Assembly: GCA_050246315.1 (NCBI GenBank)
Contig: JBFWWG010000006.1
Span: 64,001 to 128,000, forward strand
Length of the DNA: 64,000 bases
Direction: 5' to 3'
From: Nitrospiraceae bacterium
Lineage (GTDB): Bacteria; Nitrospirota; Nitrospiria; Nitrospirales; Nitrospiraceae
Shown here: piece by piece, positions 30,302 to 41,617 of the stretch
Position numbering within the stretch: position 1 is the stretch's first letter
How the letters are laid out: the number at the start of each line of letters is the position of its first letter
Notes under the pieces: generated by a model
Databases searched by the model: none
What the model saw: only the letters and a program-made list of their open reading frames with translations
What the model was told of the DNA's origin: nothing
Program-made: the position numbers and the translations under genes

Positions 30302-31291
30302 ATGGCTCGGTCGGCTCGCACAGCAGGTCGGACTTCTCCCCTTCGGACGATCCAGAAAGACCTGCTGTCGCTCGCGTCGGTGCCCCGCGACCACGTACAG
30401 GCGCTGCTTTCGCTCGCGGCCACACTCAAGAACATGCAGCGACGGGGACGGCCTCACGCCTGGCTGGCCGGACGCACGATCGGCCTGCTGTTTCAGAAGG
30501 CCTCGACCCGCACGAGGGTGTCGTTTGAAGTCGGCATGAATCAGTTAGGCGGCCAAGCTCTATTCCTGCCGATCGGAGACATTCAATTGTCGCGTGGCGA
30601 AAGCATCGCGGATACGGCACGGGTGCTGTCCCGCTATCTGGACGGCTTGGTCATCCGCACGTACGATCAGGCCATCGTCGAAGAATGGGCTCGCGAAGCG
30701 ACCGTGCCGGTCATCAACGGCCTGACCGATTTGCACCATCCCTGCCAGGCCCTGTCCGACCTCCTGACGATTCAAGAAAAAAAGGGGCGCCTCAAGGGGC
30801 TGCGCCTCGCCTACGTGGGAGATGGGAACAACATGACCAACTCGCTGATCGAAGCCGCCGTCAAGGTGGGCATGTCCGTAAGTTGTGGCTGCCCCAAGGG
30901 GTATCAACCGGACTCCCCCGTGGTCGAGCAAGCCCGTCAGGAAGCGGCCAAGACCGGATCGGTGATCGAATTGTCGGATGATCCGGAAGTCGCAGCCAAG
31001 GATGCGGACGTGGTCTATACCGATGTGTGGATCAGCATGGGGCAGGAACGGGAGCAGGCCCGCCGGCTCAAGGCCTTCAGCGCCTATCAAGTCAACGAAC
31101 GGCTGATGAAACGGGCGAGACCGGACGCCATCGTCATGCACTGCCTCCCGGCGCACCGCGGCGAGGAAATCAGCGCCAAGGTGCTGGACGGGCCGCAATC
31201 CGTCGTACTGGACCAGGCCGAAAATCGGCTGCACATGCAGAAGGCGATTCTCGTGGAACTTGTTCGGCCCCAGGGACGCCCCCAGACATGA
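30302..31291 (+). CDS. argF: Ornithine carbamoyltransferase
   Basis: [29 protein letters not shown]. Confidence 0.95.
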   Translation: MARSARTAGRTSPLRTIQKDLLSLASVPRDHVQALLSLAATLKNMQRRGRPHAWLAGRTIGLLFQKASTRTRVSFEVGMNQLGGQALFLPIGDIQLSRGESIADTARVLSRYLDGLVIRTYDQAIVEEWAREATVPVINGLTDLHHPCQALSDLLTIQEKKGRLKGLRLAYVGDGNNMTNSLIEAAVKVGMSVSCGCPKGYQPDSPVVEQARQEAAKTGSVIELSDDPEVAAKDADVVYTDVWISMGQEREQARRLKAFSAYQVNERLMKRARPDAIVMHCLPAHRGEEISAKVLDGPQSVVLDQAENRLHMQKAILVELVRPQGRPQT

Positions 31292-31305
31292 GAGAGCACC
31301 GAAGG

Positions 31306-32526
31306 ATGAAATCGACAACATTGAAGAAAGTGGTGCTTGCCTATTCCGGCGGGTTGGATACGTCCGTCATTCTGAAATGGCTGCAGGAGACGTATGGGTG
31401 CGAAGTCATCGCGTTCTGCGCCGATCTCGGGCAAGGCGAGGATCTCAAAGCCATTAAGGCCAAGGCCACCGCGTTGGGCGTTCGCAAAGTCTATGTCGAG
31501 GACCTCCGCGAGGTTTTCGTCAAGGACCACATCTTCCCTATGCTGCGGGGCAACGCGGTCTATGAAGGCAGCTACCTGCTCGGGACCTCGATTGCGCGCC
31601 CATTGATCGCCAAGCGCCAAGTGGAGATCGCCGTCAAGGAAGGGGCGGAGGCGGTCTCGCACGGGGCGACGGGCAAGGGCAACGACCAAGTCCGGTTCGA
31701 ACTGACCTACCTGGCCATCGCGCCGTCGGTGAAGATCATCGCTCCCTGGCGCGAATGGTCGTTCAAATCCCGACGCGAACTCATCGACTATGCCGAGAAG
31801 CACGGCATCCCGGTGACGGCTACCAAGGCGAAACCTTATAGTATGGACATGAACCTCTTTCACATCAGTTATGAAGGGGGCATTCTGGAAGATCCCTGGG
31901 AGGCGCCGCCGGAGGAGATGTTCCAGCTCACGATCTCGCCGGAGCGGGCGCCGGACAAACCGCGGATCGTGGAGATCGAGTATGAGCAGGGGAACCCGGT
32001 CGCCGTAGACGGCAAGCGGCTGTCTCCGGCCAAACTGCTCGCGCAGTTGAATCGGTTGGGTGGCGCACATGGGATCGGCCGAGTCGATTTGGTCGAGAAT
32101 CGCTATGTCGGCATGAAGTCGCGCGGTGTCTACGAGACCCCCGGCGGGACGATCCTGCACGTGGCCCATCGGGCGCTGGAATCGCTGACGCTGGATCGCG
32201 AGGTCCTCCATCTGCGCGATAGTTTGATCCCGCGCTATGCCGAGCTGATCTACTATGGCTATTGGTATGCCCCTGAACGGGATATGATCCAGAAGGCCAT
32301 CGACGAGGCGCAGCAGGATGTCTGGGGCACGGTGCGCGTCAAGTTGTACAAGGGGACCTGCTCGGTCGTGGGACGGCGTTCCGACCGCTCACTCTATCGG
32401 TTGGACATGGCCACGTTCGAAGAGGACGAGGTCTATCGGCAACGGGACGCGGAGGGATTCATCCGGTTAAACGCGCTGCGTTTGGCAATTCGCGCGCAAC
32501 GTCGCACCGCGAGGACGCGACGGTGA
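31306..32526 (+). CDS. argG: Argininosuccinate synthase
   Basis: [40 protein letters not shown]. Confidence 0.96.
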   Translation: MKSTTLKKVVLAYSGGLDTSVILKWLQETYGCEVIAFCADLGQGEDLKAIKAKATALGVRKVYVEDLREVFVKDHIFPMLRGNAVYEGSYLLGTSIARPLIAKRQVEIAVKEGAEAVSHGATGKGNDQVRFELTYLAIAPSVKIIAPWREWSFKSRRELIDYAEKHGIPVTATKAKPYSMDMNLFHISYEGGILEDPWEAPPEEMFQLTISPERAPDKPRIVEIEYEQGNPVAVDGKRLSPAKLLAQLNRLGGAHGIGRVDLVENRYVGMKSRGVYETPGGTILHVAHRALESLTLDREVLHLRDSLIPRYAELIYYGYWYAPERDMIQKAIDEAQQDVWGTVRVKLYKGTCSVVGRRSDRSLYRLDMATFEEDEVYRQRDAEGFIRLNALRLAIRAQRRTARTRR

Positions 32527-33953
32527 AGTCCGCCCGCCGGAGGAGATCGACCAAGCCCAAAACCAAAGCCCCCACCGCCGGTCGGAAGGCCTGGGCCGGG
32601 CGGTTTGGTGAAGAGACGAATCGCCTCGTGGAAGCGTTCACGGCTTCCTTGCAGTTCGACCAACGGCTCTACCCCTGGGACATTCAAGGCAGCCAGGCTC
32701 ATTGTCGAACCCTTCAGCGCGCCGGCATCCTCACGATGAGTGAGGCCAAGAACCTGATCCGGGGGCTCGATCAGGTGAAGGCTGAATTGGACCGGAGGCG
32801 TTTTCGGTTTCACCCCGCCGACGAGGACATCCACATGGCCATCGAGCGCCGGCTGACCGAACTCGTCGGCCCCGTCGGAGGCAAGCTGCACACCGGGCGC
32901 AGCCGCAACGACCAGGTCGCCACCGACCTGCGTCTGTATGTGCGCGACATCCTCGCCGTCCTTCGTGATCGGGTCGAGGCCCTGCAACGCGCGTTTGTCT
33001 CTCAGGCCCGAGCCAACCTCGGCGTCGTCATGCCCGGCTATACGCACCTCCAGCGGGCACAACCGGTGCTCGTCTCGCATCACTGGCTGGCCTTTGTCGA
33101 AATGTTGGAACGGGACAAGGGGCGGCTGAGCGACGCCCTCGCTCGTCTGAATGTCATGCCGCTCGGCTCCGGCGCCCTGGCCGGTACGAACTACCCCCTT
33201 GATCGGCAATACCAGGCGCAACTCCTCTCGTTCCCGGCCGTCTCGCAGAACAGCCTGGACGCCGTCTCAGATCGCGACTTCGTCGTCGAAGTTCTGGCGG
33301 CGCTGGCGACACTGATGATGCATCTGTCCCGGCTGAGCGAGGAACTGATTCTCTGGGCATCACAGGAATTCCGCTATGTGGACATTCCGGACCGATTCTG
33401 CACCGGTAGCAGCATGATGCCGCAGAAGAAGAACCCCGACGTGCCGGAACTCGTGCGAGGAAAAGCCGGGCGAGTCTATGGCCATCTGCTGGGGATGCTG
33501 ACAACTCTCAAGGGTCTGCCGCTGAGCTATAACCGTGATTTACAGGAAGATAAGGAACCTCTTTTTGATGCGCTGGACACAGCCCATGCGTCGGTGGAGG
33601 TGCTGACGGAGTTGATGATGGGGCTCCGAGTGAACCGCCCCGTCGTCGAGCAGGCGGCGGAGGTGGGCGGCATGCTGGCCACGGAGTTGGCGGATTATCT
33701 CGTGCTCAAGGGGGTCCCCTTTCGAGAGACCCATGCGATTGTCGGCCAAATCGTGCGGTACTGCATCGAGAAGCATCGTGAGCTGGCTGATCTCTCGCTC
33801 GACGAGTACAAGCGGTTTGCGAAGCAATTCGAAGCGGACGTCACCGAGCGGCTCACCGTTCGGGGCGCAATCGACCGGAAAAATCAAATCGGTGGCACAG
33901 CCAGGCAGGCCGTGACGGCACAATTGACGAGATGGGAGAAGCGCCTGAAATGA
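32523..33953 (+). CDS. argH: Argininosuccinate lyase
   Basis: [42 protein letters not shown]. Confidence 0.96.
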   Translation: MKSARRRRSTKPKTKAPTAGRKAWAGRFGEETNRLVEAFTASLQFDQRLYPWDIQGSQAHCRTLQRAGILTMSEAKNLIRGLDQVKAELDRRRFRFHPADEDIHMAIERRLTELVGPVGGKLHTGRSRNDQVATDLRLYVRDILAVLRDRVEALQRAFVSQARANLGVVMPGYTHLQRAQPVLVSHHWLAFVEMLERDKGRLSDALARLNVMPLGSGALAGTNYPLDRQYQAQLLSFPAVSQNSLDAVSDRDFVVEVLAALATLMMHLSRLSEELILWASQEFRYVDIPDRFCTGSSMMPQKKNPDVPELVRGKAGRVYGHLLGMLTTLKGLPLSYNRDLQEDKEPLFDALDTAHASVEVLTELMMGLRVNRPVVEQAAEVGGMLATELADYLVLKGVPFRETHAIVGQIVRYCIEKHRELADLSLDEYKRFAKQFEADVTERLTVRGAIDRKNQIGGTARQAVTAQLTRWEKRLK

Positions 33954-34219
33954 GCGGGGCGTTAAAGAAGCGCAGATGGCACGCGATCCCTCTGGCTCTC
34001 TGGCTCCTTGTCGGGGTAGGATGTGGCACCATCGGCTCGCCCATTGCGCCGGAGGATGTGGGGATCGGCCCGCGACTGCAACGAGAACAACAGGCGGCCA
34101 AGGCCAGGGAGCAGCAGTCCGAGCAGCGGACATTCTCCGCAGAGGAATCCCGACAGCAGCCTTCCGTGGTACCTGATGAGGCGGAACTTCCACCGCTCAG
34201 GCCGATCGGAACGCGATAG
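33950..34219 (+). CDS. Small lipoprotein (position typical of LptM/LppL-like genes)
   Basis: Basic N-terminus, hydrophobic core, lipobox VGVGC followed by GxxGSPIAP; between argH and lysA. Confidence 0.72.
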   Translation: MSGALKKRRWHAIPLALWLLVGVGCGTIGSPIAPEDVGIGPRLQREQQAAKAREQQSEQRTFSAEESRQQPSVVPDEAELPPLRPIGTR

Positions 34220-34258
34220 GCGGGGACCGGACGAACCCTACCAACAAGGATACGCGCC

Positions 34259-35521
34259 ATGGAAGATTATCAATACCGTGACGGAGAATTGTATTGCGAG
34301 GAGGTGCCGGTCAGCCGGATCATCAAGGAATACGGCACTCCCTGTTTCGTCTACAGCCACGCCTCCCTCCTGCGCCAATACCGGGCCTACAATAGCGCCT
34401 TTTCCGGCATACCTCACATCATCGCCTTCGCGATGAAAGCCAATTCGAACCTGGCCATTCTGCGATTGATGGCCAAAGAAGGGAGCGGAGTGGATATCGT
34501 CTCCGGCGGCGAACTGTTTCGAGCCTTACGGTCCGGCGTGCCTCCTCAGAAGATTGTGTTCGCCGGTGTCGGAAAGAATCCGGATGAAATCCGCGACGCG
34601 CTCAAGACGGATATCCTGATGTTCAACGTGGAATCATCGGCGGAGCTGCACGCCATCAATGACGTGGCGGCCTCGATGGGAGCGCGTGCGCGCGTCGCGC
34701 TGCGGATCAATCCGGACATCGACCCCAAGACCCATCCCTACATCTCGACCGGCCTGAAGAAGAGTAAATTCGGGATCGCAGCGGACCGCGCGCTGGACGA
34801 GTTCAAGCTCGCGACCTCGTTGAAACATATCGAGGTCGTGGGGGTCCACAAACACATCGGTTCGCAACTGACGGAGGTCACTCCGTTCGTTGAGGCGTTG
34901 AAAAAGATTCTGAGCCTGGTCCACCAGGTGAAGGCTCACGGCACGGATATTCGCTATATCAATATCGGCGGAGGGCTGGGGATCACGTATGCCGACGAGA
35001 CACCGCCGAAGCCTCAGGATCTGGCCGCCGCCCTTGCGCCGCTGTTGCAAGGCCTCAATTGCACGCTGATCATGGAGCCGGGACGGAACATCGTGGGCAA
35101 CGCCGGCGCCCTCATGACCCGCATTCTCTACAACAAACAAGGAGAAGCGAAGCGTTTCGTGATCGTGGATGCGGCGATGAACGACCTCATCCGCCCCAGT
35201 CTGTACGGGGCGTACCATGAGATCAAGCCTGTCCAGCAACGGTTTCTCCAGTCCGCCACCCACATGGTTGATGTGGTCGGACCGGTGTGCGAGTCCGGCG
35301 ATTTTCTGGCCAAGGACCGCACCTTGCCGGACGTGCCCCCAGGGGAGTTCCTGGCCGTGATGAGTGCGGGCGCGTACGGATTCGTGATGTCGTCGAACTA
35401 CAACTCCCGCCCTCGCGCGCCTGAAGTTCTGGTTCATGGCAGCGAAGCGCATCTGATCCGGATGCGAGAATCCTATGAGGACCTGATCAAAGGGGAAACA
35501 ATTCCGACGTTCTTGAATTAA
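34259..35521 (+). CDS. lysA: Diaminopimelate decarboxylase
   Basis: FAMKANSN, VSGGEL, SKFG, HIGSQ, EPGR, GPVCESGD, GAYG, NYNSRP. Confidence 0.96.
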   Translation: MEDYQYRDGELYCEEVPVSRIIKEYGTPCFVYSHASLLRQYRAYNSAFSGIPHIIAFAMKANSNLAILRLMAKEGSGVDIVSGGELFRALRSGVPPQKIVFAGVGKNPDEIRDALKTDILMFNVESSAELHAINDVAASMGARARVALRINPDIDPKTHPYISTGLKKSKFGIAADRALDEFKLATSLKHIEVVGVHKHIGSQLTEVTPFVEALKKILSLVHQVKAHGTDIRYINIGGGLGITYADETPPKPQDLAAALAPLLQGLNCTLIMEPGRNIVGNAGALMTRILYNKQGEAKRFVIVDAAMNDLIRPSLYGAYHEIKPVQQRFLQSATHMVDVVGPVCESGDFLAKDRTLPDVPPGEFLAVMSAGAYGFVMSSNYNSRPRAPEVLVHGSEAHLIRMRESYEDLIKGETIPTFLN

Positions 35522-35644
35522 CCCGCACCGTTCACGATGACTTCGACTGTAACTGCCGTGCGACCCGTCACCGCCCAAGAGCACCGGATCCAACGCATGG
35601 CATCTCCGCGGTTTCGTCACGAATTCTCGTGAATCGTGCGGGTT
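35520..35644. repeat. 125-bp intergenic element bounded by 18-bp inverted repeats
   Basis: AACCCGCACCGTTCACGA vs reverse complement AACCCGCACGATTCACGA (16/18). Confidence 0.65.
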
Positions 35645-35668
35645 CACGCCGGAAACGGAGGCTCGTTT

Positions 35669-36541
35669 ATGTTCACCGGGTCGATCGTCGCAATCATCAC
35701 CCCGTTTCGGAATGGCAAGGTTGACGAGCGCGCACTCGGCGACTTGATCGAATCTCAGATCGCCAACCACACGGCCGGCATCGTGCCCTGCGGGACGACC
35801 GGCGAGTCCGCTACGCTCTCGCACGAGGAACATGATCGTGTTGTGGGCCTCACCGTCGAAGCGGTGAGGCGCCGGGTGCCGGTCATTGCCGGAACCGGCT
35901 CAAACAGCACAGAGGAGGCCATCACCCTAACCCAGCACGCGAAGCGGGCTGGGGCGGACGGCGCGTTGCTGATCACCCCCTATTACAACAAGCCCACGCA
36001 GGAGGGGTTGTTCCGACACTATAAGGCGGTCGCGGAGGCCGTCGATCTCCCACTCGTGCTTTACAATATTCCGGGACGAACCGGAGTCAACCTCTTGCCG
36101 GCCACGGTCGCGCGACTCGCCTCAAGCCCCAACATCGTCGGCATCAAAGAAGGCAGCGGATCGATCCAACAGACGTCTGATATTGTGCAGCTTTGCGGAG
36201 AGCGTATCACCGTCCTATCTGGAGATGATCCGTTGACTCTGCCGATCATGGCCCTTGGAGGCAAAGGGGTGATTACGGTGACGGCCAACCTCCTCCCGCA
36301 GGAGATGTCGGCAATGGTCGCCGCAGCTCTGGCTCATCATTGGGATGAGGCTCGGCGCCTTCACTATAAGTTGTCTCCGCTCTTTGCGGCGCTTTTTCTG
36401 GAAACCAACCCGATTCCAGTCAAGGAGGCCCTTGGCCTCATGGGCAAAATCGATCCTGAAGTACGGCTGCCCCTCTGCCCGCTCATGCCTGACAACCGGG
36501 ATCGTCTCACCCGCGTGCTCAAGGACTATGGCCTCGTCTAG
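35669..36541 (+). CDS. dapA: 4-hydroxy-tetrahydrodipicolinate synthase
   Basis: GTTGESAT, PYYNKP, LYNIPGRT, GIKEGSG, ETNPIPVK; SD GGAGG. Confidence 0.96.
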   Translation: MFTGSIVAIITPFRNGKVDERALGDLIESQIANHTAGIVPCGTTGESATLSHEEHDRVVGLTVEAVRRRVPVIAGTGSNSTEEAITLTQHAKRAGADGALLITPYYNKPTQEGLFRHYKAVAEAVDLPLVLYNIPGRTGVNLLPATVARLASSPNIVGIKEGSGSIQQTSDIVQLCGERITVLSGDDPLTLPIMALGGKGVITVTANLLPQEMSAMVAAALAHHWDEARRLHYKLSPLFAALFLETNPIPVKEALGLMGKIDPEVRLPLCPLMPDNRDRLTRVLKDYGLV

Positions 36542-36725
36542 GAGCCTGCCTGACATTGCCGTTCGTAACAAGGCGAAGCAGGCGATGGCAGAGGCCATGC
36601 CGCAGGCCGCGAAATACCGGAGGCGTATTCGCCGGCAGACGTTCAGCATGTTTCGGGGTCGAGAACGAAGCAGATGCCGGGGCATCCTTCCCCGCAGTCG
36701 AAAGGGCACTGTCGGACAGGCTCCT
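36540..36725. mobile_element. MITE-like element overlapping the dapA stop codon
   Basis: AGGAGCCTGCCTGACATTGCC vs reverse complement AGGAGCCTGTCCGACAGTGCC (18/21); left end in CTAG. Confidence 0.7.
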
Positions 36726-36822
36726 CGTCAAGCCCATCCGTCATGGTTCCCAATCAGCATCGCTGTCCCGCTCTCCATGGATCAGGCGCACGCAGGCAGC
36801 GTCATGCTCTGCACGATCATCC

Positions 36823-37629
36823 ATGATTAAGACAATTGTGGTCGGAGCAGCCGGTCGCATGGGAAGCCGCCTAATCTCATTGATCAAGGATTCCACCACA
36901 CTGACGTTGGCGGGAGCCGTCGAAACAGCAGGGCATCATGCCGTCGGTGAGGACGCAGGCGAGAAGGCCGGATGTGGTCGACTCGGGGTCGCGATTACCG
37001 ATCAGCTCGCCGCGCTATTGGAAGAAGGCGAGGTGGTCGTCGACTTTTCATCTCCATCTTCAAGCCTGACGAACCTTGCACAGGTCGCCAAACGAAAACG
37101 GGCCATGGTGATCGGCACCACCGGATTCACCTCACAAGAAACCGATGACCTGAAGCGGTTGACGCAGCAGGTGCCCTGCGTCTTCTCTCCCAACATGAGT
37201 GTCGGCGTGAACGTGCTCTTCAAGACCCTGGCGGAAATCGCCAAGACGTTGGGCGAGGATTACGACATCGAAGTGATCGAGGCCCATCACCGACTCAAGA
37301 AAGACGCGCCGAGCGGGACGGCGATGAAGATCGCCGAGGTTTTGGCTCGTGCCATGGATCGAAATCTCGGGCAGGTCGGTGTCTATGAGCGTCATGGCAT
37401 GATCGGAGAACGAACGCGCAATGAAATCGGCATTCAGACCATCCGCGCAGGTGACATCGTTGGAGACCACACCGTCCTGTTCGGCGGGATGGGTGAACGC
37501 ATCGAAGTGACCCACCGCGCGCACAACCGTGACGCTTTTGCCGGCGGCGCGCTCCGAGCCGCACGGTGGGTCGTCAGCAAACCCCCAGGCTTGTACGATA
37601 TGCTCGATGTGCTGGGTCTCAGAGAGTAA
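36823..37629 (+). CDS. dapB: 4-hydroxy-tetrahydrodipicolinate reductase
   Basis: GAAGRMG, IGTTG, EAHHRLKKDAPSGTA, RAGDIVGDH. Confidence 0.96.
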   Translation: MIKTIVVGAAGRMGSRLISLIKDSTTLTLAGAVETAGHHAVGEDAGEKAGCGRLGVAITDQLAALLEEGEVVVDFSSPSSSLTNLAQVAKRKRAMVIGTTGFTSQETDDLKRLTQQVPCVFSPNMSVGVNVLFKTLAEIAKTLGEDYDIEVIEAHHRLKKDAPSGTAMKIAEVLARAMDRNLGQVGVYERHGMIGERTRNEIGIQTIRAGDIVGDHTVLFGGMGERIEVTHRAHNRDAFAGGALRAARWVVSKPPGLYDMLDVLGLRE

Positions 37630-37744
37630 ACTTGTGCCGCGGAATCCTGTTCGACCCCCGCCCACCAGATTGCGCGTAGCGCATCAGCCGGTAACCTACC
37701 GTTGGACTGCTGCTGCGGATGTCTGTGGATTGAGGCGCAGGCGA

Positions 37745-37960
37745 CTAACGTGTCTGGGCGGGTTCCAACTGAAATTCCTCAGATTGTTCCACTGAGGTCG
37801 GCTTGTCGGAGTTCCGGAGAGCAAGGACGGCGGAGATCCCGTCGTACATCTCCCGTGCGGATTGAGACCACTCGGGCTTGAAGGGCTCGCCCCGGAACGC
37901 AGCCTCGGCGGCTTTCCGTTCGTCGTTGGTAAGAGGTCTGGTGGTTCGTCCGGTCATCAA
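37745..37960 (-). CDS. Small hypothetical protein
   Basis: RPLTNDERKAAEAAFRGEPFKPEWSQSAREMYDGI looks like a folded helical domain; fills intergenic gap. Confidence 0.6.
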   Translation of the reverse strand: MMTGRTTRPLTNDERKAAEAAFRGEPFKPEWSQSAREMYDGISAVLALRNSDKPTSVEQSEEFQLEPAQTR

Positions 37961-38262
37961 TGCCGTGAGGTTAAGGGACGTGGTTCAGGATCCACCATTT
38001 TCCGTCTCCCGCAGTTCAGACAGGCGTAGACGTTAATGGCAAGACCCGCATCCAAGTCGACCGCTCGCTCCGGAATCATGGTACCGCGACATTTGTCACA
38101 GATTTGCATGGGCACACACTAACATCGGCAGCCATCACGAACCATCCATCTGAAGTACTGGTCAACCGCGCGCAAAGGACCCTCTGCTTCTTCGGCTCGA
38201 CTGGGTCCTTCGGCCAGGGATTGCTAGGCCGTGGCCGTGCAGCAACGGCAGCGGCCACGACC

Positions 38263-38291
38263 TTGACAGTGGTGGAAGCCCCTCATAGGAT
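38263..38291 (+). promoter_or_regulatory. Candidate sigma70 promoter
   Basis: TTGACA-N17-TAGGAT upstream of the YHS gene. Confidence 0.6.
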
Positions 38292-38311
38292 GACTTCAGG
38301 ACGGGAGTGGA

Positions 38312-38554
38312 ATGTTGAGACTCTTTATTGTCGCGGGGTTACTGATCGTCATGTATCTGCTGGTTCGGTCGGCCATCCGACAGTGGGGACGGCCGCCGAG
38401 TGAGTTATCCGACCCCAGACAGATGGTCCAGGACCCCATGTGCCGAGTCTTCATCCCGAGGGGCACCGCGGTCTCTGCGAGGATTGGAGGCCAAACCTAT
38501 TATTTCTGCAGTTCCGATTGCGCGACAAAGTTCGAGCGACAGCTTTCCGGTTAG
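38312..38554 (+). CDS. YHS/TRASH domain membrane-anchored protein
   Basis: N-terminal TM; MVQDPMC...YYFCSSDC. Confidence 0.85.
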   Translation: MLRLFIVAGLLIVMYLLVRSAIRQWGRPPSELSDPRQMVQDPMCRVFIPRGTAVSARIGGQTYYFCSSDCATKFERQLSG

Positions 38555-38856
38555 CAGCCGGAGTAGCTGTAATCCGCAAGCTTGTCCTCCTTGTCGAACT
38601 TCAAGGTAATGGCGCACTCATTGGGTTTGAAGTTGAACAACGGCAGGCTCGTCTTCCCTCCGGCGATTCGGTAATAGGTCCAGGTCTCTCCCCCGAAAAA
38701 GCGTGGCGCCTTGGCGTTGGGAGTTCCCCAGTTTTGCTCGAACCAAGTCTTGTCCCTTCCTTCGAATTCTGCCGGTTTGAGCGACTGCTCCAGGTACGGG
38801 TTGTTGCTGCAGCCGACCAGCAAAAGAACGGCGAGCAGCCAGCCTCTGCCCTTCAT
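38551..38856 (-). CDS. Putative lipoprotein
   Basis: MKGRGWLLAVLLLVGC lipobox; WGTP...ETWTY; SD GGAGG. Confidence 0.75.
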   Translation of the reverse strand: MKGRGWLLAVLLLVGCSNNPYLEQSLKPAEFEGRDKTWFEQNWGTPNAKAPRFFGGETWTYYRIAGGKTSLPLFNFKPNECAITLKFDKEDKLADYSYSGC

Positions 38857-38992
38857 ACCTGAGTCCTCCCGCGTGATGCCATGAACCGTCCGATCCGTTT
38901 TCATAATCGTGCGACACGATCGCGCACTCGTTTCGAAAATTCTACCGGCAGACCGAACATTCTGCAAACGGCTCAGCAGTTCCGCGCAGCGT

Positions 38993-39021
38993 TTGCATTC
39001 AGGTGCTGTTCTTTCTAGAAT
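38993..39021 (+). promoter_or_regulatory. Candidate sigma70 promoter
   Basis: TTGCAT-N17-TAGAAT upstream of fsa. Confidence 0.6.
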
Positions 39022-39070
39022 ACCTGAGTGCGCAGAGAGGCGAGTTCGCAATCGACGAAAGGATCATGCC

Positions 39071-39718
39071 ATGAAACTCTTTCTCGACACAGCCAACGTC
39101 AAAGAAATCCAGGAAGCTGCCAGCCTGGGTCTTCTCGATGGAGTGACCACGAATCCGTCACTGGTAGCCAAGGAGGGGCGCAGTTTCCGCGACATGCTCG
39201 AGGAAATTTGCCGCATCGTCGATGGCCCGGTCAGCGCGGAGGTCGTCGCGATCGAAGCCGATGCGATGGTGAAGGAGGGACGCGAACTCGCCAAAATTCA
39301 CAAGAACATCGTTGTGAAAGTCCCGCTGATTCCTGAAGGGCTCAAAGCCACAAAGCGGCTTTCGAGCGAAGGCATCAAGGTCAATGTGACGCTGTGCTTC
39401 TCCCCGACACAAGCGCTGCTGGCGGCCAAAGCCGGCGCCTGGTGCGTCTCGCCGTTTATCGGACGGCTGGATGACGTCAGCTCGGACGGCATGACGCTGA
39501 TCCGTCAGATTATCGCCATTTACAAGAATTATTCGTACACCACCTACGTGCTGGTGGCCAGCGTGCGGCATCCCCAGCATGTCGTGGAAGCGGCGCTCGT
39601 CGGCGGTCATATCTGCACGATCCCGTATGCGGTATTCCAGCAACTGGTGAAGCACCCGCTCACCGACATCGGACTTAAGAAATTCTTGGCCGACTGGGAA
39701 TCGCGCGGACAGAAGTAG
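39071..39718 (+). CDS. fsa: Transaldolase / fructose-6-phosphate aldolase family protein
   Basis: [42 protein letters not shown]. Confidence 0.93.
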   Translation: MKLFLDTANVKEIQEAASLGLLDGVTTNPSLVAKEGRSFRDMLEEICRIVDGPVSAEVVAIEADAMVKEGRELAKIHKNIVVKVPLIPEGLKATKRLSSEGIKVNVTLCFSPTQALLAAKAGAWCVSPFIGRLDDVSSDGMTLIRQIIAIYKNYSYTTYVLVASVRHPQHVVEAALVGGHICTIPYAVFQQLVKHPLTDIGLKKFLADWESRGQK

Positions 39719-40418
39719 CTCGACACGATTCGTCAGACTGGGACAGAATTCGGCGTGCTTGGTCGAAGACCGCGTGGAACATCGGCCTCGTGAGCTTGCC
39801 GGTAAAGGTATTCTGCTGGCTGGGATGGTAGGAGGCGATCAGCATCACCCCAGCCGGCAGGCGACAGAATGCCTTGTGGGCAAAGCGGGGAGTCGGTTTC
39901 GGAACCTCCCATCCGAGTTCTATTCTCGCTTTCAGATAGTGGTCAAACGCGATCTTGCCCAAGACCACCACCACACGAACCCCGCCGAGCAATCGAATCT
40001 CTTGAAGCAGAAACCGCCGGCAGGCTAAGAACTCGTCGGGACTCGGCTTGTTGCCGGGCGGTGCGCAACGGACCGTCGCTCCGATATAGCAGTCCGAGAG
40101 CTTAAGCCCGTCATCCCGATGGACGGACGTGGCTTGGTTGGCAAACCCGAATCGGTGCAGCGCTTCATACAGCCAGTCCCCGCTCCGATCGCCTGTGAAC
40201 ACGCGCCCCGTCCGGTTCCCTCCGTGCGCAGCCGGCGCAAGGCCCAGCACGTAGAGGCGCGCCCCGGGATCTCCGAACCCCGGCACCGGCTTCCCCCAGT
40301 AGCTCCATTCGCGATATTGCCGACGCTTCTCCACCGCGATGCGAGCGCGATACTCCACCAGCCGACGGCAATTCGCACAGGCAGCGATCTCCTGGTTCAG
40401 CATGGTCAACGTCCGCAT
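39675..40418 (-). CDS. Uracil-DNA glycosylase family 5 (UdgB-like, Fe-S)
   Basis: [40 protein letters not shown]. Confidence 0.9.
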   Translation of the reverse strand: MRTLTMLNQEIAACANCRRLVEYRARIAVEKRRQYREWSYWGKPVPGFGDPGARLYVLGLAPAAHGGNRTGRVFTGDRSGDWLYEALHRFGFANQATSVHRDDGLKLSDCYIGATVRCAPPGNKPSPDEFLACRRFLLQEIRLLGGVRVVVVLGKIAFDHYLKARIELGWEVPKPTPRFAHKAFCRLPAGVMLIASYHPSQQNTFTGKLTRPMFHAVFDQARRILSQSDESCRATSVRAIPSRPRIS

Positions 40419-40531
40419 CGGGCGAGTCTACCATGAACCCAAACCGCAATCCCGCTTGCTGCGCCCCGAACTTGCTGCTAGCATCGGGCCTGACATCCGG
40501 AACACGCTGCCATTTATGGAGGGGTTGAGGC

Positions 40532-41617
40532 ATGATGCGAGGGGTAGCTGCCACCGTTCTGATCGGATTCACCGTGCTGCTCCTGGCCTCTAGGGCCGAC
40601 CTCCGCGCACAATCGGCGCCACATCCGGCAAGCTCCACCCCAGCCGCGGACAAGCCTCTGGAATCAGGCCAGGCCTCCAACGGAAACGGAGACCCCGCGG
40701 CCGCGGAAATTGAGGAGGCGAATGCCGAGGTCGAAGAGCGGTTGGTCGTGCTTCCAGAGATCAGGCGCGAAGGCGAGCGCTTCTATCTGAGCAGCTTCAA
40801 ATTGCCCGACAAGCTCACGTTCGCCGGGCAATCGATCCCGCTCGATAACTGGCAGGTCCGGGAACGGATCGAGTATGAGTTCTACGCGTTCCTCGAAGAC
40901 CAAGGCGAAAGCATCATCATGGCCAAGCGGACCGGCCGGTGCTTCCCTCCCGTCGAAAAGCAACTAAGCGAGGCGGGACTCCCGGACGACCTCAAGTACA
41001 TGCTCCTGGTCGAGAGCAAATGCATCGCCGCCGCCTACTCGAAAGCTAAGGCCTCGGGCCCCTGGCAGTTCATCAATTCGACCGGCCGCCGCTACAAGCT
41101 ACACAGCGACCGCGTATTGGACGAACGGCGCAATCTGGAAATGTCCACCGATGCCGCAGTGAAATACTTGCGGCACTTGCGGGACTTTCAACAGGGCGAT
41201 TGGTTTCTTGCCATGGCCTCGTACAACGCCGGAGAGGACCGGATCAGAAAACTGATGAAGGAGCAGAAGGTCACCGACTACTGGAAGCTGCACGGGCCGC
41301 GTGAAACCATGCGCTATGTTCCGCGGATCATCGCGGCAAAGGAAATCTACTCGCAGCCGGATCGGTACCTCGGCCTGTCGAAGAAGGATCTCTATGCTCC
41401 GCTGGAGACCGAATCGGTGACCGTGACGATCAAGGTAGCCCAGCGCTCGCTGGTCTCGATTGCCGAGGAGTACGGCACCTATTACCTCGAACTGAAGATG
41501 CTCAATCCGGAATTCAAGAAGGAATACCTGCCCCGAGGAGTCTACACCGTCAAGGTGCCTCGCCAAACCTGCCCGCAGCGTTGCTTCAAGCAAGAGACGA
41601 CTGCTCCTGTGCGTTGA
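40532..41617 (+). CDS. Lytic murein transglycosylase (SLT domain, MltD-like)
   Basis: Signal peptide; VES, ASGPWQF, DERRN, ASYNAGE, ETMRYVPRI. Confidence 0.88.
   Translation: MMRGVAATVLIGFTVLLLASRADLRAQSAPHPASSTPAADKPLESGQASNGNGDPAAAEIEEANAEVEERLVVLPEIRREGERFYLSSFKLPDKLTFAGQSIPLDNWQVRERIEYEFYAFLEDQGESIIMAKRTGRCFPPVEKQLSEAGLPDDLKYMLLVESKCIAAAYSKAKASGPWQFINSTGRRYKLHSDRVLDERRNLEMSTDAAVKYLRHLRDFQQGDWFLAMASYNAGEDRIRKLMKEQKVTDYWKLHGPRETMRYVPRIIAAKEIYSQPDRYLGLSKKDLYAPLETESVTVTIKVAQRSLVSIAEEYGTYYLELKMLNPEFKKEYLPRGVYTVKVPRQTCPQRCFKQETTAPVR

Noticed and set aside
37649..37668. GTTCGACCCCCGCCCACCA resembling a tRNA 3' end
   Set aside because: Too short between the T-loop and CCA, and no cloverleaf upstream
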